Made by a program: the position numbers and the translations under genes. From Trichosphaerium sp. ATCC 40318 (Eukaryota; Protista; Tubulinea), in the NCBI GenBank assembly GCA_038496445.1, contig JALMLS010000260.1, forward strand, positions 1 to 58,246: a DNA stretch of 58,246 bases. The letters are read 5' to 3'. How positions within the stretch are numbered: position 1 is the stretch's first letter; each line of letters starts with the position of its first letter. Below are positions 50,701 to 58,246 of this stretch, piece after piece. Below the pieces are notes generated by a model that was not told the origin of the DNA, searched no databases, and saw only the letters and a program-made list of their open reading frames with translations.

Positions 50701-52803
50701 GATACAGAGCTGTTACGATCTGAAGTATTGGAACTTTGATCCTCTTCTACTGTTGGTGGTATGCCTGGTTGTCCAGCTTTTCCTCCAGAATTCAAGCATT
50801 GTACAAAATCGTTGAGGTGTAAACTCTTTGCAAGGTCCAACGCAGAATCAGATTTGCCTCAGCGAGATGTAAGAAAACACATGCAAAAAGAAGTTCAGAG
50901 AAATGAGAAGATAAAAAACAATGAAAAATTGTGTCAAACAAATCAAAAGTTAATGTCTTACCTAGCTCTCCTTCAAAAGTAGTAAATGGGTTGGCTCCAT
51001 TTTTTAGAAGAAGTTTAGTATGGTCCATCAAGTTATTTTGTATCGCCCGATGTAAAACAGTTTTACCTTGCCTGTAAAAAAAGTTTTAGTTTTTTTTTTT
51101 AATACATGGCTTAAAATATCATACTTGGTGTGGGCGTTTGGGTCTGCTCCATTTTTAAGTAATAATTGCATAACGAATAAAGGACATCCCACGTGAGCAG
51201 CTTGGTGAATAGGTTTCTCATCACTCGTTGTTGTGCCTGTGTTTATATCTAATCCACCACGCAGCAACAAAGCGAAAACCTAATTTTGTTTTTCTGGTAA
51301 GTTCATTTATTTGTTTCCATGAAACATACCTTTAAAAATTGTAGTATGAACGTAAGCGTTATCTCAACGTTTGTGAATAAAATTAAATAGTGAAGTGGCG
51401 TGTGTCCAGATGCAGGTACTTTTGTAGGATCAGCACCAGCCTCTAAAAGAACAATCGCTTTTGCCAAACGCCGCTACAATATAATAAGTATTTTAAGTTA
51501 TAATGGTTGGTGCCTCGTGTGTGGATACACACGCCAATAGCGGTGTTACACCATCGACTCCAGAAGTCGTATTTACATCACCGGGTCGTAAAGCAACGAC
51601 TGCTGTAACATCATCTATAGTTCCGTTTCTTACAGCCTCTAGCAGACCACCAACCTTTTTATGCTTAGCATAAACGTTAGTTGCATAGACGGCGTACCTT
51701 GTTGAATGAATTGTCAGTAAGCGTTGCTCTATGCGCTTGTTTACTAGTCTTTAGTGTTGCATAACTTCCAGAACCAGTGGCCCTACAGGAACTGATTAAC
51801 AAAAATTGTTATTTAAATACTATGTCAACTCACTTGCGATTGAATGAGCTAACGCTCCATGATGAGACATCACTACTAGTCCGATTATGCTTCACTGCAA
51901 CTGGTACATTTGTCTTAGGAATCTCTATACGATAATTAATAAGGTTGTGACAAATACAAGCACGTGATAAATTAGACTTTACCTCTTGGAGTTGAAAAAT
52001 TGATTTCGTAAGTGTTCAAATCGCCTAAAGTCTTTTCAAGATCAAGCTCTTCTTTTGTTTCAGCGTCAAGTGGTATGAAAGCGTCTATCTCTATATCACG
52101 CCTAAAAAATTTATCAATTTTCACTAAACGGCCTTTTTCAGAACCAAATTTACGTGTTTGAGTATTAAAGGCTAAAATCACGTGGACACAAAAAAAACTT
52201 GGCCCAGTACAAAAAAAATAAAATTACTTTGTTTTTATGTTACATACCGTAGCGCACATACCCTCTCTAGTACTTGTCGTAGTACTAGATGTGGTTTAAA
52301 CAATACGACTTGTTGTTGCGCATTAGGTAAGTAAATACGGATGAAATCTTGAGAGGTGTTCGGTCGCGCTTAAATGAACTCTGTTAGAATACTATGATCG
52401 TAAAATAAAAGAAAAATGACTTCAAGAAACAATCTCGGTATTTCTCCAAACACGATGTGCAAAAAAGACAATGTTTAACATAAGTGACTTGGTAGAGTTG
52501 TTATAACCATTGATTTTTGATCGTTGTGACGAAACGTGGTGGTTCAAACTGGTTTTTTTGAATTTCCGTGATTATAATTTTGTGCTGTGTTTTTAAACGT
52601 ACGAGGAGACTCTGCTTCTTTAGCTGTTTTTGTTCCTTTTACTCTGCCAATAGTTTGGCGTAATCTCTTGTTACTGACTTGTCCTACGCGCTTTGCGAGG
52701 TTCTAGCGCTTATGAGAATACAATACCAATGGCAGTTGTAAGAAAAGCAAACCTTAACCCTTATAGACCCTCTGTTTTGCTTCTTTGTATTGGGATTGCT
52801 CAT
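47717..52803 (-). CDS. Multidomain signalling protein: Raf-like Ras-binding domain, ankyrin repeats, Pro-rich region, divergent DH (RhoGEF), PH, PH
   Basis: FIRIYLPNAQQQVV (RBD); LLKNGADPNA (ANK); PPSRPKGAPPIP; DQIFGNIHSI and SLLSAPVQ (DH); YLFNDLVLF and EGVLMYQR..WRSGFFRL (PH). Confidence 0.85.
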
Positions 52804-53028
52804 ATGCGCCACAAGCGTTGTAGACGCATGAAACAAGACCGAAAAATACGCTGTGATCACCGGAGCAGACAAATGTGATTTGTCTCTGCTTTGACATCCT
52901 TCGTTGTTTATGAATTATACAATAGTGCAACTACGGCGTAACGTAAATAAAATACAATTGTCACAGACAGAATTATCTAGTCAAAACTTAATCGTGTCAT
53001 ACAAGTACAAATAAAGTACATCTTGGCG

Positions 53029-56000
53029 ATGTTTTGCAAGTGCCATCGTGGTTTAAGCCCGATAGTGGCTTGGAACTCACGCAGCTTTCTCAAATTGAAA
53101 ACTACGCGTTCTAATCAACGGAAGGCACCCATTGCGTGTTATAATAGCCTTGTATTAACAAATAAACACGTAGGCTTCTGTACGCAATGTAAAACGCGCC
53201 AGCTCATCTTATGAAACTCACGCGTATACAAATGATGCTGCGATGGATGAAGTAGAATCTAGTGCAAAAGAATTATTAAAAGAAGTAAAGGAGCCCAACT
53301 TACGCCTATTCGTCACTCATTCTCAAGGTACACTTGTTCTTTAGCGTAAATAAATTATAAACAATATCAGAGGAAGCAACAGCTATTGCAAGAGCATTGG
53401 ACCTACCTGTAGATACAAAAAAACGCGCTACAGGGTTTTACGCATCACAAGAATCGCCTTCCGTACGTTTCTTCGTTTTATTCTCAAAACACATCCAAAT
53501 GACGCTAAAATCGTATTATTAATAGGATGTCGTGTTTTGGACCAATGCAAGTGCTTCATTGGATATAATGGACACGGTAGACCAACCAGGCATTCCAGCA
53601 TTGCCACCTAGACTTACGCCAACCTTCCCAGTACGCCTTGGCCTTGCAATTTAATTGTACAAAGTTAACCGAGTTTGTAGCGTAAGTATGCTGATGAAGC
53701 TTTACTTCTCCACGCGTTTGGTCAAAAGTCAAAGGGTACGAGATACGTTTACCTTTGAAATTTTTTTTTGACACATTGTGACACGTTTTAAATTATATTT
53801 CATTTAATTTTTGAGTTAGAGATTTTGAACGCATTTGAACCTACAGAACAAGGCGAGATATATTTTAGAGATTTTTTTAGCCTTGATAAAGACTTGCAAA
53901 AATCCAAGAGACTTTGGCTTACTTCACTTGCACCAAAGAAGGGCACTTTGAATAGGTTTGATTTTTGGAAAAACCTTTTTTTTTGCTAAACTGTCTGTTA
54001 GTTTTATTTTGGACAAAGAGCGACCTGACTTGTATTCGTTTGGCAAAACCGCCCGAGAAATGGACTGGCTAGCTTTTTTTAACTTTTCTGAGCTTTGCTC
54101 GTCGTATTGGCAGGAACGTAACGGTGGAGCATGTCCTATAGGTACTTCAACGAGTTTCTTCTTGTTGTAAAAACTTATCTTGTGCATAGGTAGAATTGAA
54201 GCAGTTGTATTACACCTTATCACCAAGAGGTTTCAAGAAACCGAAAATGCAAACCTGTGCGTTGGATCAGTTGTGATAGAGGTATTAATTGTCTTGACAC
54301 AGGAGAAATATGCCGAGGTTTGGGTCAAAGCAAAGATAGATGATAATACCATTCCACTACGGTATGAAGGCCGTGTGGGTGATATTGAGACAAAAGGTCG
54401 AGTGTTTGACACTAACGAACTTTTCGAAGTTCAAGCAGGAATTAAAGGTTGCGTAGTTGTATTCTGTAGTGAGTTAACAAAGTTGTAGCTGATGCCACTG
54501 TAAAGGAATTTAAGATTGTTAAAACTGTAAGTATAGAATATATCATTTGTGATCTTCCTAACACATCATTTTTTCAAAGCTTGTTCAACCGCCATTGCTG
54601 TTTGATCTTGCACAACTACAAAAGTCAATGTATAATAAGTATCGGTATACACTGAGCCAAACTAGAGCAGTACTAAAGGTACATAAATGACATGACATGA
54701 TAGTCACCTTTAAGGTTATCGTTCTTACTAGTCTCGGTAGAAACTCTACTCTTGTGGGCTAATCACGTTTCCTTTTACAACGTCACGACATTTGCCTTTG
54801 ACGCTTACCAATACTATACGAGAGACTCTAAAGTAAGTGATGCACCTTACTTTTGCAAACAGCTAGTTGTACTTATTTTTTTCCTCTAGAAACGCAAAGA
54901 ACCTCAAGAAGCTAAACCGAACCGCAACAACTGTAAATAAAGATAATCTGCGCGTATTTAGCGATGTTCAAGGAAAGGATGACCTACATGCTATCATACC
55001 AATATTGCGGGATGACTATAAAAGAACTTTTCGTGCTCTTACCAAGGCAGAGAAGGTAGTGTTTGGCGCTATTATGCAACGATTTATAGGTACTCCATGT
55101 CAACACTACAAGAGATTTAACTTTTGTTTCACAGCTGCATTTATGCCAGCCGCACAAGAGACGCATGAACGTTTAGAGATTGTTAGCAATGATGAATTTG
55201 TATTTGTAAAAGAGAAGGTGTTTGAAATATATCCTGGGTGGCGTGCTATGGATGGTAACAGTGTAGATACAGACCCAGGTATGCAATGATTTTATAAAAG
55301 TACGTTTGTTGATTGTTTGTTAGAAGATTTTCTGCCATTACTGACGGAAGGAGATGCTGTTGAACTCAAAATCCCTCCAAGGACAGTAGTACGTTCTTGG
55401 CTTTTATTGTATTGTCAAGGGTATTTACTTGAGCTAATTATCTCAAAAGACTCGTGAAACATCGGTTCCTGGATTGTATAATGATGCCACTATCATAACA
55501 GCAATGCAAACGTATGCAAAAGATAGTGAAGAAGATTTTGTTGAGCAAAAAGGTAAGTAAATACTCGGGTTTCTATGTTAACTTTGTATAGGTCTTGGCA
55601 CTCCTGCCTCTCGCGTAGAGATAGTTAATAGATTATTACATGAAGGTTACATAAAACGTACACTTGATGGGTTTGTACCTACACACAAGGGTAACAAAAT
55701 GAACGAACTCCTTCAACATGTACGCTGTCACCTTTTTATATCTTCAAAAGTTATTAAGCTTACATCCGATAGGTGGATGTTGTCGATGTTGAACAAGTAG
55801 GTGTTTTGGAAGACAAATTGAAAGCAGTGATGGCTGGTGCAGCTAAATCAGAGGAAGTGCTGGATGATTACCGCCAGTGGATAAAGGTTCTTTTTAATTT
55901 GTGTTTCCACAAAAATATTACTGTTCTTACTGTTATACAGGATAGTATCACAACGTTCAACTCTAATCCAATAGAACTTGGAGAATTCACTCCATTACAA

Positions 56001-56832
56001 ACGAAGAGAGAGCGCACTAACAAGTCTAAAATAAGTTCAGACTGTGAAGGTAAGTATTAGGTTCAATGTAATGTACTCTAAATATCTACCTCTAGAGCAA
56101 TGCGAAATTGGTGTTGGTAAAAAATCATACTATTGCAATGTCCCTGGATGTGATTTTTACTTTATGAAGTATCAATACGGTTACACAATATCTAAGGTTC
56201 GTTGAAAAGATATTTTTGTGTGACCACTTCACAAAGATTATTTTTAAAACATGTTGTTATGCTTGATTATTAGTAGCTCACTCTTGGAAGTACGCCTTTA
56301 ATAACTCCGTATTAGGACATGGCAGATGATATTTTTTATGACAAGAGGTCTGAGCATGTTGGTGGTTTGAGATCCGCTAATGGAAAGAGATTCGGTGGAT
56401 ACTTTTTTGTTGATAGCAAAGAGAAGAAGGTGAAGCTCCAGTTTCAACCTATGAGTCCAAAAGAGACTTCTGGAAAGTTCAAAAATGCATGGACCTCAGA
56501 GAGTAAACACAAAATCAGAGATGACATATGGCCCGACGAACAAGGTAACAAGGGGAAAAATCTTAAACATTGTATGATTGACTAACACGTGCATTTTAGA
56601 GTTTGTAGAGAAAGAACGACAACCACACAATCCAAAGACAGTGTTACAAGTTGCTCCACTTGTTCAAGAGGACAAGCACATCCATGAATTTAAAGAAGCT
56701 CAGGAAAATAGCAAGGCTAAAGCTTTTGAGCATTTAATGAAATGGAACAGGCAATCTAAGCGGCAGATGGCTAATAAGCGAGAGCAAGTCTCAAGGAGAA
56801 GACAAAACGATCGTTATCAAGATCATGAATAA
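53029..56832 (+). CDS. Bacterial TopB (topoisomerase III)-like type IA topoisomerase homolog, predicted catalytically inactive, putative mitochondrial presequence
   Basis: Collinear motifs AIARAL, NAFEPTEQGEIYFR, KRLWLTSL, DWL..FN, IGRIE, PPLLFDLAQLQK, LYSCGLITFPFT, HAIIP, GLGTPASRVEIV.RL...GYI, CDF..K/GLRSANGKRF C-terminal repeat; many spliceosomal introns. Confidence 0.88.
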
Positions 56833-57021
56833 AAAAAACTAATAACAGACGGTGTCTGCCAGATCCACTGTATTATACATAATGGTCTTTGTTGCATGAA
56901 CTCAGTAATGATAAATTTTTTTTTCTTTGGACTTTTTTATTTAGTGCATCTCAATTGTGTCACGTGACGGAGATAAATAAATATCTAGTAAATATCTCCG
57001 TCACATCGCAAGTAAAATAAT

Positions 57022-57618
57022 TCAAGCCTTTGTTTGATACATCCAACCGTAGTACATGTTCATTAGACCGAGGAGTGCATGAGGAAGTGCACCCAACAAA
57101 ACATGAGTCATATCTTTTGCTGCAAAGAGGTCGTGTTGGAACAAATAAATGCCCATGTTTACAATGTTGCTTACAGCCAAACATTTTGTGATGGCCTAGA
57201 AGGACTCTAGTTAGGCCAAAGCAGCACACATAAGAAAAAATACAAATATACAAACAACGTGCCGTTTGTTGATTTCTGTCGGTTTCGTTGCTTGCGTATG
57301 AGACCATACCTAGTGTTACCAATAGCCCAGCGCTTCCCTGATGGAAGTCAAACAAAAAAGAAAATGGTTGAGTTTAGTTTAATGCCCTATGTACACGGCG
57401 TTCGCACCTGAAAAAGGGACACCTCAGCAGCGGCTAAGAAGAATTGTAAGTTATTTTATTTAGGGGTGGCAAATAGCATTTGACGCACAGGCAGTTGAGT
57501 GAATGGCCTCTAGAATGATTTTCGGAGCAAATAGAGCTAATCCGCCCCAAAGAAGCGTAAGGCCGCCATTAATTGACAGAATGGTCTTTAGACGTGGATC
57601 AAATGTAATTGAATTCAT
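57022..57618 (-). CDS. Small multi-pass membrane protein (4 exons), family not recognised
   Basis: MNSITFDPRLKTILSINGGLTLLWGGLALFAP...GSAGLLVTLGMVS...NMGIYLFQ..LLGALPHALLGLMNMYYGWMYQTKA*, assembled over splice sites. Confidence 0.65.
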
Positions 57619-57819
57619 AATAAGCGTTGTTTGTTGAATCTAAACGAGAGTATTGACCAAGTTGTGCTAAAAGGCTTTAAGCCAACTTACACTTTCCCTC
57701 GTGTACTTCTTTTCAACTCTGATCAATTAGCACTGGTGCTAGGTGCATTACATTACCGCCCAGTTTCAAACACTAGCCGTTATTTGTAATCAAGCGTTAT
57801 TTATCTACCTGGGGCATTG

Positions 57820-58246
57820 ATGGAACGTCGCAGATCTCTAACCGACTCAATGGAGGATTTTCAACCTGTACAAAAGCGACGCTCCAAACGACTTCAAAAG
57901 AACAGCGGACAACCGCTTTCAGCGTCTAAATCGTGTAGTCCCACAGCTACAGGATGGTTGTCAACAAGAGACAAGGGCTCTGCTCAAAAACGGAAACAAA
58001 CAGACTCTAGCGCACACCACAAGAGCGCTCCTAAGCGTAAGAAGCAGAAAACCAACAATAAGCCTTTGATAGAAACTACAAATACTCGCCCCTCCGAAAG
58101 TGCTCCATGCGCCTCAAACATGGGTATGTTGATCGTACTACGCTATTAAAATGTCAATGTAATTAACTGGCTATTAATTAGGCACTATTGCCAGTCGCTT
58201 GAAATGCCGCTCGCCGAAGAAATCGCGTGTGCAACAACAGGTTTTT
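57820..58246 (+). CDS. 5' end of a gene with a basic, low-complexity N-terminus (truncated by the window end)
   Basis: First exon with NLS-like KRRSKRLQK and KRKKQK motifs, followed by a GTATGT donor near 58124. Confidence 0.55.

Noticed and set aside
1-58246. CRISPR array, transposase, rRNA or alternative genetic code
   Set aside because: None seen. All periodic repeats are protein-coding units, and spliced genes read with the standard code and use TAA, TAG and TGA as stops.

Overview
AT-rich, intron-dense eukaryotic nuclear DNA. Introns are mostly 40-70 nt with GTACG/GTAAG donors. Gene content suggests a free-living protist, possibly amoebozoan, but this cannot be confirmed from the window. 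The six-frame ORF track only captures exon fragments, so the genes below were assembled by hand across splice sites. Ordinary genes: ankyrin-repeat protein, full-size ABCG transporter, F-box/ARM/SPRY protein, secreted GDPH/VWD-like protein, ABC half-transporter, ACOT9-like thioesterase, PLAC8, ATP23, TALE homeobox and an RBD-ANK-DH-PH protein. Notable findings: (1) an intron-rich, apparently mitochondrion-targeted bacterial TopB-type topoisomerase IA homolog that has lost the catalytic Tyr/Arg and the TOPRIM acidic residues; (2) a repeated pairing of two unrelated F-box families (intron-rich family A x3; intronless F-box/MORN2 family B x2 plus remnants) with patchwork sequence exchange, a variable 9-12 nt microexon and variable repeat number; (3) a predicted 3-nt microexon completing the TALE homeodomain; (4) an atypical CAT-anticodon tRNA inside an intron; (5) an intronic C/D snoRNA in a near non-coding host transcript; (6) GC-AG introns and strong CACGTG enrichment. 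All coordinates and alignments were done by eye.
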